A DNA stretch of 64,000 bases. It comes from Candidatus Carthagonibacter metallireducens. GTDB taxonomy: Bacteria > Gemmatimonadota > Gemmatimonadetes > Palauibacterales > Palauibacteraceae. This document shows positions 29,221-38,914 of this stretch, piece after piece. Numbering within the stretch: position 1 is the stretch's first letter; the number at the start of each line of letters is the position of its first letter. Both the position numbers and the translations under genes were made by a program. The notes below the pieces were generated by a model. It had not been told where the DNA came from. It searched no databases and saw only the letters and a program-made list of their open reading frames with translations. The DNA is taken from the NCBI GenBank assembly GCA_023554445.1, contig JAMJQQ010000119.1, positions 1,925 through 65,924 on the forward strand, given 5' to 3'.

Positions 29221-30749
29221 AACAGGGTCTCGTTCATGTCTCCACCGAGTGCGCTCGTCGCCTCCGAGGGTGACGAAGGCGGTTTGCGCGCAAACAGGAC
29301 CTTCAATGCCGGCGGCACGATGAAGGTGGAGAGAATCACCATGATCAGGATCGCGCTGTACACCGACGAGGAGAGGATGCCGGCCGTGAGTCCGATCGAG
29401 GCGAAGATCAACCCCACCTCGCCTCGCGGAACCATGCCCACGCCCACGAGCAGCTTCGAGGTATCCGAGCGGGTGACTCCGAAGCCCGAGACCAGCTTGC
29501 CGATGATCGCGACCACCGTGAGGATCAGTCCGACGAACAGCACCCCGAGATCGAAGTCCTCGCTGCCCGGTATGAACAGGCGCACGTTCACCGGCGCCCC
29601 TACCGCCACGAAGAAGATCGGCGTGAAGATGTCCGCTACCGGCTCGATCCGCTCAACGACCGCATCGAACTGGTTGGTCGAAGAGAGCACGAGACCAGCC
29701 GCGAAAGCTCCGATGATCATCGCTGATCCGGCCAGGTCGGCGAGCGCCGCTATGGCCAGCGCGAAGCAGAAGGCCGCGACGAGCAGGACGCCACGCGTGC
29801 GCATCCGGTCGACGAAGTCGAAAATCGCCGGAGCGAATCTGGTCCCGAGCACTACGGCGAGCACGAGGAATCCGACCGCGAACAGGAAGATTTTGCCCAC
29901 CGAGAGGACGCCCAGGGCGGCCCCTCCGACCATTCCGGACACCACTGCGAGAATCACGATGCCGAGTACGTCGTCGATCACCGCTGCGCCAATGATGATT
30001 CGCGCTTCCGGCGTGTGCATCCGATTCAGGTCGGAAAGCACCCGTGCGGTTATGCCCACCGAGGTGGCCGTGAGTGTCGCACCGACGAAGATGGCGACGA
30101 CCGTGAAGGTCACGCCCTCAGGGTGGACACCGATCGAAGGGTTGGCATAGTACCAGTAGAGGAACCCGAGCAGGAACGGTAAGAAGACCCCGATAAGAGC
30201 GACCCGTACCGCCGTCGGTCCGACCCGGAACATTTCCTTCAGGTCGGTCTCGAGGCCGATCTCGAACAACAGCAGCACGACACCGATCTCGGCGAGGACG
30301 TGAACGATTTCATACAGATCGCCCTGCGCCGGAATCACCCCAAGCACGCTAGCGCCGAGGATCACGCCCGCCACCAGTTCGCCGAGGACAGCGGGTTGTC
30401 CACGGCGCTCGGCCAGTTCCCCGAGAACCTTGGCACTGACCAGAATCGCGATCAGAACGAAGAAGACGTCCCGGATACGGGGACCGTGACCATTCTCGCC
30501 CTCCGCGTGCGCCGGCTCTCCAGCTTCGGAATGGTCCTGGTCGGTCGCTTGAGGAGTCGCGTGCTCCTGGACCTCGGCTGCAGGCGTGGATTGCTCGATC
30601 GGGGTCGAATCGGGAGCCGAGCGGAGCAGTCCGGAGCCGGGGCCACCGACTAGCACGGCAAGCCCGAGCAACAGAAGCATCAGCCTGAAAGGTCGGGGTC
30701 CCGACCGGCCGTTCGACCCCACCCGGCCGGATCCTCTGCGGCCTACCAC
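29217..30749 (-). CDS. Cation:proton antiporter (CPA2) with N-terminal extension; start uncertain
   Basis: GQPAVLGEL, LLFEIGLETD, TATSVGIT, AAVIDDVLG, GMVPRGEVG. Confidence 0.9.
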   Translation of the reverse strand: MVGRRGSGRVGSNGRSGPRPFRLMLLLLGLAVLVGGPGSGLLRSAPDSTPIEQSTPAAEVQEHATPQATDQDHSEAGEPAHAEGENGHGPRIRDVFFVLIAILVSAKVLGELAERRGQPAVLGELVAGVILGASVLGVIPAQGDLYEIVHVLAEIGVVLLLFEIGLETDLKEMFRVGPTAVRVALIGVFLPFLLGFLYWYYANPSIGVHPEGVTFTVVAIFVGATLTATSVGITARVLSDLNRMHTPEARIIIGAAVIDDVLGIVILAVVSGMVGGAALGVLSVGKIFLFAVGFLVLAVVLGTRFAPAIFDFVDRMRTRGVLLVAAFCFALAIAALADLAGSAMIIGAFAAGLVLSSTNQFDAVVERIEPVADIFTPIFFVAVGAPVNVRLFIPGSEDFDLGVLFVGLILTVVAIIGKLVSGFGVTRSDTSKLLVGVGMVPRGEVGLIFASIGLTAGILSSSVYSAILIMVILSTFIVPPALKVLFARKPPSSPSEATSALGGDMNETLF

Positions 30750-31261
30750 TGGGACTGCGCTCCGTCGACGATCTTCTGAACCAGGTCTCTGATCGCCAGC
30801 TCCTGACCTCGCGTTTCGAGCTCGGTCTCGGGTGTGTATTCTCCGATACCTGTCACAGATCCCCCGCTCCAGATGATCTCGTTTCGCGTGTTGTCGATGA
30901 TCTCGACCCTCGCCGACAGCCGGATCCGACGCTGAAACACCTCCGCGCCGACCTCTTCCTGACTGGCGAAGTTCACCGCCGTGTCGTCGTACCGTGACAG
31001 GGTCGTGAGCACCGTCGCATCCGCTGACTCCTCTGGTCCGAGCTGGGCCCCGAGGCGTCCGGTGGCCGCATCCAGCAGCTCCTGCGTGACCTGCTCGGTC
31101 AGCGCGAACTGGGTCGTCTGGTTGTCGACCGGTGCCACGTAGATCGTCTCCACGTGCGAAGGCAGGCCTCCGCCACCGGAGAACGTGTAATTGCAGCCGC
31201 TCAGCGCCGCCAGCGCCAGCAACCCACTCGCGCCGATTCTATTGCGTGTACGGAAGCGCAT
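30743..31261 (-). CDS. lptE: LPS assembly lipoprotein LptE
   Basis: Lipobox LSGC-NYTF, LPSHVETIYV, C-terminal KIVDGAQSQW. Confidence 0.72.
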   Translation of the reverse strand: MRFRTRNRIGASGLLALAALSGCNYTFSGGGGLPSHVETIYVAPVDNQTTQFALTEQVTQELLDAATGRLGAQLGPEESADATVLTTLSRYDDTAVNFASQEEVGAEVFQRRIRLSARVEIIDNTRNEIIWSGGSVTGIGEYTPETELETRGQELAIRDLVQKIVDGAQSQW

Positions 31262-31925
31262 AAATTTCACCGGGATGTCGGGCCACCGGACTCTGTACCT
31301 CCTCGATCTCCCATCGCACCCGGCTGGGGCGCTCGAAATCACGATACTCGGCCTGGACTGGCCAGGTACCCGTTTCCGACCATTCCACCCGAACACGTCG
31401 AAGCACCCTGTCGCGCCGCCGTTCCTCCACCGATCCGAGCCTTCCTCCCTCCAGGTGATACACGAACGTCCGATCGCCGACGGGTCCATAGACGAGGACC
31501 GAGTCTGCGCCGTTCACGAAGGCCCGTGGCGCTGGACCGGAGTCCGGTCGGAACATGCCTGCCATCGCGAAGATGAACGGTCGCGGGGGCACGTCCACGT
31601 CTTCGATCTGGCCCCGCGACGTCAGACGGCCGGCGGCACTGGCGATCGCCATCGCCACGTCGCCGGATGTGAACAGGTCGATTCTCAGGCTGTCGGGAGG
31701 ATTGAAGCGCCCCACACCCTCGCCTTCGACATCCCCACGACGATCACCGTAGCGCCACGCGAATCGGAGATTCGCCGGCGCCTCCACACCTGGTTCCGAG
31801 ACGAGGCGAGCAGCGATCGCTGCCGGATCGTCGAGCGGGATCCCGCTCTCCACGGACGTGGCACAGGCCACGACCAATGGCGTCGAGGCGAGCACTCCGA
31901 GTCGGCGCAGCGATCTCATGTTCAA
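31239..31925 (-). CDS. Hypothetical lipoprotein (possibly LolA/LolB-like beta fold)
   Basis: Lipobox VVAC; PPDSLRIDLF. Confidence 0.55.
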   Translation of the reverse strand: MNMRSLRRLGVLASTPLVVACATSVESGIPLDDPAAIAARLVSEPGVEAPANLRFAWRYGDRRGDVEGEGVGRFNPPDSLRIDLFTSGDVAMAIASAAGRLTSRGQIEDVDVPPRPFIFAMAGMFRPDSGPAPRAFVNGADSVLVYGPVGDRTFVYHLEGGRLGSVEERRRDRVLRRVRVEWSETGTWPVQAEYRDFERPSRVRWEIEEVQSPVARHPGEIYALPYTQ

Positions 31926-31959
31926 CGTGCGGCCAAGCTACCGGCGCCACAAAACCGGG

Positions 31960-32394
31960 TCAAGAAATCGGATCCGCGCAGAGATCTGCGAGGATCCGCA
32001 TGGCAGAGTCCGGCATGCGGCGAGGACGGAGACCGGCGTCGGTGCAAACCAGTGTGGTCGATCCGCTGGCGAGGCGCACGCCGTCATCGGCTCTTATCGC
32101 CTCGTACCCGAAGGTTACCGACCGGCTGCGCACCTCCACCACGCGCGTGAGGATCTCGACACGCTCGTCGTAGCCGGCGCCTTTTCGGTAGCTGAGTTCG
32201 GCGCGAGCGACGGGGAGCAGAATCCCACTCCTCTCCAGCTCGGCATACGAGAGGCCGTTCATGCGCATCAACTCCGTTCGGCCCAGTTCGAACCATGCCA
32301 GGTAGTTCATGTGGTGGGCGTGGCCCATCTGGTCGGTCTCGGCATACCTGACCCGGATTTCGGTCCGGCTGCCCGGGATCTCCTGATCTTCCAT
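31960..32394 (-). CDS. Acyl-CoA thioesterase (YbgC/4HBT family)
   Basis: IRVRYAETDQMGHAHHMNYLAWFELGRTE. Confidence 0.9.
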   Translation of the reverse strand: MEDQEIPGSRTEIRVRYAETDQMGHAHHMNYLAWFELGRTELMRMNGLSYAELERSGILLPVARAELSYRKGAGYDERVEILTRVVEVRSRSVTFGYEAIRADDGVRLASGSTTLVCTDAGLRPRRMPDSAMRILADLCADPIS

Positions 32395-32457
32395 CGCGCG
32401 CGGCACTCCTCTCCACACCTGTCGCCTGATTCTCGAACCGCCTCTATACTGTCGCAG

Positions 32458-33285
32458 ATGGACCCGAATGGCACGCTGATCGTCTCGGACGCCCACCTCG
32501 GCGCCGCCCCCGCCGACCACGAGGCGGCCTTCCTTCGCTTTCTCGAAAGCGTGGTCGACCGCACCCGTGACCTTGTGATCAACGGCGACCTGTTCGATTT
32601 CTGGTTCGAATACGGAACGGTCATTCAACGGCGGCATTTTCCGGTCCTCAAGATCCTCCGGTCCCTGGTCGAGTCGGGCGTCCGCGTTCGACTCGTGGCC
32701 GGCAATCACGATTTCTGGGGAGGCTCGTTCCTCACCGATCAGATCGGCCTGGAGCTCGTCGAAGGGCCGGTTCGAACCGAGATCGGGGGACGTCCGGCCC
32801 TCCTGGCCCACGGCGATGGTCTCGGCAGCGGCGACCTCGGATACAAGGCCCTGAAGCGGGTGATCCGTGGACGCCCGGCTCGCAGCGCATTTCGTTGGCT
32901 GCATCCTGACCTCGCGGCCGGGATCATCCGGCTGGTCAGCCGCACTGAGAGTCGGCATGGGCGGACGCCGGATGCAGAATCGCTGGGCAGGGCGGGCCGG
33001 CTTCACGAGTGGGCGGCCGATCGTCTCGCGGAAGATCCGGACCTGCAGGTCGTGGCCCTCGCTCACTGCCACGTTCCCGAGATCCGCGAAATCCTGCCCG
33101 GGCGGTTCTACGTCAACTCCGGAGACTGGGTTCAGCATTGCAGCTGGGCCGAATTCAGTCCCGACGGGGTGCGCGTGCTGGGGCTCGCCGGCTCCGGTTC
33201 GGATGACGCGACCGAGGTGCTGTATGAGGTGGTCTACCCGTCAGGGCCCGACCGGAATGCTGTATTGGAAGGCGGCTCCGGGTGA
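32458..33285 (+). CDS. lpxH: UDP-2,3-diacylglucosamine hydrolase (LpxH-like metallophosphoesterase)
   Basis: SDAHLG, GDLFDFWFEY, GNHD, HGDG, AHCH, NSGDW. Confidence 0.82.
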   Translation: MDPNGTLIVSDAHLGAAPADHEAAFLRFLESVVDRTRDLVINGDLFDFWFEYGTVIQRRHFPVLKILRSLVESGVRVRLVAGNHDFWGGSFLTDQIGLELVEGPVRTEIGGRPALLAHGDGLGSGDLGYKALKRVIRGRPARSAFRWLHPDLAAGIIRLVSRTESRHGRTPDAESLGRAGRLHEWAADRLAEDPDLQVVALAHCHVPEIREILPGRFYVNSGDWVQHCSWAEFSPDGVRVLGLAGSGSDDATEVLYEVVYPSGPDRNAVLEGGSG

Positions 33286-33805
33286 GCCATCGGGAGGCGG
33301 GACGACTTCACCCGTGAAATCCCAGAGTTGTGCCGACACCCAGGCATCGACTCCAGCGAACAGAGCCCAGAAGACGGCCAGGGTCGCCCAGTCTTCGAAC
33401 TGGGCTTCCCTCGCGGCAATCAAGTCCTCGTCGAGGGGGTTCGATCGTTTCGCCGCGTTCAGCTTCGCATTCGTCTTCAGGAGCATCCATAGACTGCCTG
33501 CCTCCATCGCGAAGTAGAACGCGCCGCGTCCCGGCTGGTCTACCGAGATCTGGCCCCAGCCCGGCAGAATCAGCGATCGAAAGAAGGCTCCCGTCGGGCT
33601 GACCGGCGGGGTGGGACCTGCGCTGTCGGCCGGGGCCTCCTGCCGGACGGGCGACGTGAGTTGCTCGGCGGCCGACGCCTCGAGAGGAGCTTCGGAAGCG
33701 GCGAGGGAATCGGCGCGGCCGGGCGGATCGGTTTCCTGACCACGTAGTGATCCCGTCGGAAAGGCGACCAGAAGGAAAGCGAGAAAACCGACCGACCGCC
33801 TGCAT
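33241..33805 (-). CDS. DUF5683-like membrane protein; start ambiguous (possible frameshift, see findings)
   Basis: SPTGAFFRSLILPGWGQ, VDAWVSAQLWDF. Confidence 0.6.
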
Positions 33806-33850
33806 CGGGCGAGCTGCCTCCCTGCCGGCTCGCAGGCCGCGCTCTCCCTA

Positions 33851-33944
33851 CGGGAGCGCGTGGGAATCGAACCCACCCGGGACGCTGTTCGCACCCCGAA
33901 ACGGTTTTGAAGACCGCTGGCGACACCAGCCGCCATCCGCCCCC
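33851..33944 (-). tRNA. selC: tRNA-Sec (anticodon TCA)
   Basis: GGGGGCGGATGGCGGCTGGTGTCGCCAGCGGTCTTCAAAACCGT, long variable arm, GTGGGTTCGATTCCCAC T-arm, 94 nt. Confidence 0.93.
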
Positions 33945-33984
33945 CTGCGCTCAGCCGAATTGCTCCTCCTCGACCCCGGGGCCG

Positions 33985-34371
33985 TCAGGGCAGCCGGGCG
34001 ACGACGTCGATCTCGACACGCGCCCCGGCAGGCAAGGCTCCCGCTTCGATGGTCGAGCGAGCCGGATAGGGTTCTGTGAAGTGCTCGGCATAGATCTCGT
34101 TGAGTTCGGCGAAGTCCGCCATGTCGGCCACGTAGACCGTGGTCTTCACGACGTCCCCGAAGCCGGCCCCGGCCGCGGCCAGGACCGCCGCCAGGTTCTC
34201 GAACACCCGGTATGCCTGCTCCCGGAGTCCGGGTGCCACGAGCTGGCCGGTCGACGGATCGAGTCCGATCTGACCCGCCGAGAAAAGAAATCCCCCGGCC
34301 ACGCAAGCCTGCGAATACGGGCCGATGGCCGCCGGCGCACCATCGGTGTGCAGCGCTTCGACGTGATGCAT
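33985..34371 (-). CDS. ridA: RidA-family enamine/imine deaminase
   Basis: APAAIGPYSQA, SAGQIGLDP, VVKTTVY, PARS, VEID. Confidence 0.92.
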   Translation of the reverse strand: MHHVEALHTDGAPAAIGPYSQACVAGGFLFSAGQIGLDPSTGQLVAPGLREQAYRVFENLAAVLAAAGAGFGDVVKTTVYVADMADFAELNEIYAEHFTEPYPARSTIEAGALPAGARVEIDVVARLP

Positions 34372-34390
34372 CTTCTGTCCTCCCGCCGGT

Positions 34391-36043
34391 TCAGAAAAGT
34401 CCTTCGATCGTCCCGTCCGGATGCACCTGCATCGCCTCTGCAGCGGGCTTTGCAGACAGTCCCGGCATCACCATTACATCCCCAGTCAGGGCTACGATGA
34501 ACCCGGCACCAGCGGAGATCCGAAACTCGCGGACAGTGATATCGAATCCGCTGGGCCTGCCCTGCAGGGTCGGATCGTCGCTGAGAGAATACTGCGTCTT
34601 GGCGATACAGACCGGGAGGTTGCCCAGACCGTTATCCACGATTCGCTGGGCCTCCTTCTCGGCCGACGGCAGGATGTTGACCCCGTCGGCTCCATAGACA
34701 TTTTCAGCGACCGATTCGATTTTCTCACGCAGGGTCGTGTCAAGATCGTACAGAGGCCGGAAATCGGCCTCGCCCTCGTCGAGGACGCCGAGCACCTTTT
34801 CGGCCAGCTCGATCCCGCCTTCGCCTCCGCGCGCCCATATGTCGCAGTCTGCGGCCCTCACCCCCCGCTCTTCGCAGAACGAGACGACCGCCTGAACCTC
34901 CTCGTCGGTGTCACTCGAGAACCGATTGACCGCGACGACGACAGGTACTCCGAACTGCACCAGGTTGTCGATGTGCGCCCCGAGGTTGTCGAGCCCGGCC
35001 CCGAGTCCAGCCGGTCCGCCGCCACCCGCCTTCTCGGCGTGGTGCTTCATCGCCCGTATCGTGGCCACCAGAACCGTTGCCTCGGGCCGTATCTCGCCCA
35101 TGCGGCACTTGATGTCGAAGAACTTCTCGGCGCCGAGGTCGGATCCGAAACCGGCCTCGGTGACCACGATGTCTCCGAGCGTCATCCCGGCATGTGTCGC
35201 GATCACCGAGTTGCATCCATGCGCAATGTTGGCGAACGGGCCGCCGTGCACGAGCGCCGGGCCACCCTCGATGGTCTGCACGAGATTCGGCCACAGGGCC
35301 TCCTTCATCAGCAGTCCCTGCGCCCCGGCCACGTTCAGATCCCCGGCTCGAACCAGGGTACCGTCGCGCCGGGCCCCGAGGACGATATTGGCGACACGCG
35401 TCTCGAAGTCCGCCAGATCGGACGCCAGACAGAAGATCGCCATGATCTCGGATGCCGCCGTGATCGACCAGCCCTCCTCACGCGGGATGCCTCCATTCAC
35501 CCCGCCGAGTCCGATGACGGCGCTGCGCAGAGCGCGATCGTTCATGTCTATCGCGCGCTTCCAGTTGATGCGTCGGACGTCGAGATCCAGTGAGTTGCCG
35601 CGGAACAGGTTGTTGTCCATCACGGCCGAGAGAAGGGAGTGCGCCGAGGTGATCGCGTGAAAATCCCCGGTGAAGTGCAGGTTGATCTCATCCATGGGAA
35701 GGACCTGGGAATACCCGCCACCCGCAGCTCCCCCCTTGATACCGAAGACGGGTCCGAGGGAAGGCTCCCGCAGGCAGAGCATGGTCTTCTTCTCGAGTCG
35801 ACGCAGCGCCTGCGCCAGGCCGACTGCGACCGTCGACTTGCCCTCACCCGCCGGCGTCGGCGTCATACCGGTCACCAGCACCACCTTGCCGCTTCTCTCC
35901 CGCCCCTCGAGCGCCCGCGGGTCGATCTTGGCCACGTAGTGACCATACGGGCGCAAATCGTCGTCGGAGAGATCGATCTCGGCGGCCACATCCCGGATCG
36001 GACGCAGAACTGCCTTCTGGGCAATCTCGATATCTGAGGGCAT
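34391..36043 (-). CDS. fhs: Formate-tetrahydrofolate ligase
   Basis: MPSDIEIAQ, TPAGEGKST, GIKGGAAGGGY, HGGPFANIAHG, EAGFGSDLGAEKF. Confidence 0.96.
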   Translation of the reverse strand: MPSDIEIAQKAVLRPIRDVAAEIDLSDDDLRPYGHYVAKIDPRALEGRERSGKVVLVTGMTPTPAGEGKSTVAVGLAQALRRLEKKTMLCLREPSLGPVFGIKGGAAGGGYSQVLPMDEINLHFTGDFHAITSAHSLLSAVMDNNLFRGNSLDLDVRRINWKRAIDMNDRALRSAVIGLGGVNGGIPREEGWSITAASEIMAIFCLASDLADFETRVANIVLGARRDGTLVRAGDLNVAGAQGLLMKEALWPNLVQTIEGGPALVHGGPFANIAHGCNSVIATHAGMTLGDIVVTEAGFGSDLGAEKFFDIKCRMGEIRPEATVLVATIRAMKHHAEKAGGGGPAGLGAGLDNLGAHIDNLVQFGVPVVVAVNRFSSDTDEEVQAVVSFCEERGVRAADCDIWARGGEGGIELAEKVLGVLDEGEADFRPLYDLDTTLREKIESVAENVYGADGVNILPSAEKEAQRIVDNGLGNLPVCIAKTQYSLSDDPTLQGRPSGFDITVREFRISAGAGFIVALTGDVMVMPGLSAKPAAEAMQVHPDGTIEGLF

Positions 36044-36071
36044 CTCGATTTCCTTTCGGTTGGACCGGGAT

Positions 36072-37073
36072 TCAGTCCCGGCGGGCGAGCTCTTCCAGCA
36101 ACTCTTCCCTGGTGACCGGCACCGCGCCGATGCGTCCGACTTCGATCCCGGCGGCCACGTTGGCCAACGCAGCCGCCTCGGGCAGCTCTGCCGCACCTAT
36201 CAACGAGGTGGCGATGGTCGCGATCACGGTGTCACCTGCGCCGGTGACATCAAACACTTCTCGCGCTCTGGACGGTATCCTGCATTGCCCGGGGCGATCA
36301 TGCGAGAGCAGAACCATGCCTTCCTCGCCCAGCGTCAGCAGTAGATTCTCGCAGCCCAGACGATCGAGGAGTGGTCGCAGGTCGCGCTCGGCGCTCGGTG
36401 CCCGCTCGAGCCCGAGAGCCGCAGCCAGTTCCCGGACGTTCGGTTTGAACAGCCAGGCCCCCTGGAAGTCGAAAAAATGGCGCAGCTTCGGATCGACGAC
36501 TGACGGAATCCCCAGGCGACGCGCTTCCCGCAGAAGAACTCCGGACAATTCCGGAGACAGTACGCCCTTGTCGTAGTCCTCTAGAACGAGAACATCCGCG
36601 GCCTCGAGCGCTGCCAGCGACTTCGCCTCCAGCTCCGACGCCACCTCAGAATCGACCGGTGCCGCCGACTCCCGGTCGATACGGAGGATCTGCTGGTGGC
36701 GTGCCAGGATGCGGGTCTTTTCGGTCGTCGGGCGGGTCGTGTCGGTGACGAGGTCCGCGACGGGGACGCCGTGCGCTGTCAGCAGCTGCCGAACAGCCTG
36801 GCCCGATCGATCATCACCGACCGTCGCGACGATTCGGCATTGGGCCCCTAGGGCGACGACGCCTGCCGCCACGTTCGCAGCTCCACCGAGCGCCTCGCGT
36901 TCATTGGCGACGTGCACCACGGGCACCGGAGCCTCGGGAGAGATGCGATCGACGCTGCCCTCGAGGTAGCGATCCAGCATCGCGTCGCCCACGACCAGCA
37001 CCGTGCCGCCAGTCGCGGCATCGAGCAAAGAACGCGCCCGGGTGCTTCCGAGTCGAGCCTCGTAATCCGTCAC
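36072..37073 (-). CDS. rfaE1: Heptose 7-phosphate kinase (RfaE domain I)
   Basis: GDAMLDRY..RISPEAPVPV, GGAANVA, DYDKG, DVTGAGDTV. Confidence 0.92.
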   Translation of the reverse strand: MTDYEARLGSTRARSLLDAATGGTVLVVGDAMLDRYLEGSVDRISPEAPVPVVHVANEREALGGAANVAAGVVALGAQCRIVATVGDDRSGQAVRQLLTAHGVPVADLVTDTTRPTTEKTRILARHQQILRIDRESAAPVDSEVASELEAKSLAALEAADVLVLEDYDKGVLSPELSGVLLREARRLGIPSVVDPKLRHFFDFQGAWLFKPNVRELAAALGLERAPSAERDLRPLLDRLGCENLLLTLGEEGMVLLSHDRPGQCRIPSRAREVFDVTGAGDTVIATIATSLIGAAELPEAAALANVAAGIEVGRIGAVPVTREELLEELARRD

Positions 37074-37244
37074 GGTCCGCCTTGCGAAGGGTCGGGATCT
37101 CCGGTAATCTGCGGCCACCCGTCGGCAGGATCGTAACACCTTGCCGGGCAACGCGCTCGGGAGGTTCGAACCGGACTTTCGGCCGCGAAGTTAGCGGGCA
37201 CGCGGGGGAGAGTCAAAGCCGGAGCGCACCTCGAGTCCAACCGC

Positions 37245-38075
37245 ATGATCGTTCGGAAAGCCGCCCTCACCCCGGTGCGCTATGCGGGCAGTTCCTTGCG
37301 GGAGCTCGCCTGGCACACGCAGCGCTACTTCACCCTCCTCTGGCGATCCATCCACGGCACGGTCACACGTCCGTTCTACGGTAAGGACCTCGCGGTGCAG
37401 CTGGACTCGATTGGTGTCGGATCGATCGGGATCGTGATTCTGACGGGTCTGTTCACGGGGATGGTGCTCGCACTCCAGTCGGCGGTCGAGATGCGTCAGT
37501 TCGGAGCGACCATTTACATCGGTCGCCTGGTGGGCGCCAGTACGGTCCGTGAGCTCGGGCCTGTCCTCACCGCCCTCATGGTCACAGGCCGAGCAGGTTC
37601 CGGGATCGCTGCAGAGCTCGGGGCGATGCGGGTCACGGAACAGATCGACGCTCTGAACACGATGGGAGTTGACCCGGTCCGCAAACTCGTGGTGCCGCGG
37701 TTCGTGGCATGTCTGATCGCTCTGCCCCTGCTGACGATCATAACTGACCTGGTGGCGATCTTCGGAGGCCTGCTGATCGCGGTGGTCAAGCTCGACTTGA
37801 CCTTCGACCTGTACATGCGCTCGGTCTACTCCACGCTGGCCCAGAACGGCTTTCTGCTGCGCTACATCCCGATCGACTTCGTGTCCGGTCTCAGCAAGCC
37901 GCTCTTCTTCGGTGCGATCATCGCGATCACCTCGTGTTATTACGGGCTCTCGACTCGCGGCGGCACGGAGGGCGTGGGACGAGCGGCGACAGGAGCGGTC
38001 GTCACTTCGTCGATCTTCATCCTCGCGACGGACTACTTCCTCACGCAGCTGATCATCGGGTTGTTCATCGAATGA
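37245..38075 (+). CDS. mlaE: MlaE-family ABC permease
   Basis: RELGPVLTALMVTGRAGS, ELGAMRVTEQIDAL, GGTEGVG. Confidence 0.92.
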   Translation: MIVRKAALTPVRYAGSSLRELAWHTQRYFTLLWRSIHGTVTRPFYGKDLAVQLDSIGVGSIGIVILTGLFTGMVLALQSAVEMRQFGATIYIGRLVGASTVRELGPVLTALMVTGRAGSGIAAELGAMRVTEQIDALNTMGVDPVRKLVVPRFVACLIALPLLTIITDLVAIFGGLLIAVVKLDLTFDLYMRSVYSTLAQNGFLLRYIPIDFVSGLSKPLFFGAIIAITSCYYGLSTRGGTEGVGRAATGAVVTSSIFILATDYFLTQLIIGLFIE

Positions 38076-38911
38076 GCGGCACGCGGGACCTTCTCTGGGA
38101 CTCGGGACACCTGCGACTCGAGCGGGAGGAGGCACGACGCCTGATGGAGGAAGGCGGCGCGCCCAGCCCGCAGTCCTCGGACGACCCCCTGATCTCGCTG
38201 AAGGATCTCGATCTTCGATTCGGCGATCATGTCGTCCTCGATGGGATCTCGCTGGACGTCTGGTCAGGCGAGACGGTGTGCATCCTCGGAGGATCGGGAG
38301 CGGGGAAGTCGACCATCCTGAGGCTGATTCTAGGGTTGATCAAGCCGAACGGTGGACAGATTCTCGTCAGAGGCCGGGATGTTGCGACCGCCTCGCGCGA
38401 GGAATTGCTCGAGCTCCGCAAGGACATGGGGATGGTGTTCCAGGAGGCCGCGCTGTTCGACTCGCTCACCGTCTACGACAACGTGGCCTTCTATCTGCAC
38501 GAGCACGAGGATCTGCCGGAGGAGGAGGTCGCGCGCCGCGTGGACGAGTCACTCCGCATGGTGGATCTCGACCCGGAACAGGTCGAAGACTTGCTGCCGG
38601 CCGAGCTCAGTGGAGGCATGAAGAAGCGGGTCGGGATCGCTCGCGCCCTGATTCACCAGCCGTCGATCCTGCTCTACGACGAGCCGACCAGTGGACTCGA
38701 CCCGATCACGACCCGAACGATCGACGACCTGGTGCTCAAGCTGCAGCGTGAACTCGGGGTAACGAGCGTCGTGGTGACGCACGACATCCGCTCGGCCTTC
38801 CGGATCGGCAACCGTGTGGCTCTATTGTTCGGCGGCGAGATCGTCTTCCAGGGCACCCCGGAAGAAATGATGGAATCCGGCGATGGGTATGTACGTGAAT
38901 TCCTGCACTGA
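38072..38911 (+). CDS. mlaF: MlaF-family ABC ATPase
   Basis: GGSGAGKS, LSGGMKKRVGIARA, YDEPTSGLDP. Confidence 0.92.
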   Translation: MSGTRDLLWDSGHLRLEREEARRLMEEGGAPSPQSSDDPLISLKDLDLRFGDHVVLDGISLDVWSGETVCILGGSGAGKSTILRLILGLIKPNGGQILVRGRDVATASREELLELRKDMGMVFQEAALFDSLTVYDNVAFYLHEHEDLPEEEVARRVDESLRMVDLDPEQVEDLLPAELSGGMKKRVGIARALIHQPSILLYDEPTSGLDPITTRTIDDLVLKLQRELGVTSVVVTHDIRSAFRIGNRVALLFGGEIVFQGTPEEMMESGDGYVREFLH

Positions 38912-38914
38912 GCA

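Noticed and set aside
27568..30150. 860-aa plus-strand ORF (likewise 22953-24644 and 54883-56118)
   Set aside because: Antisense or alternate-frame shadows of well-supported genes
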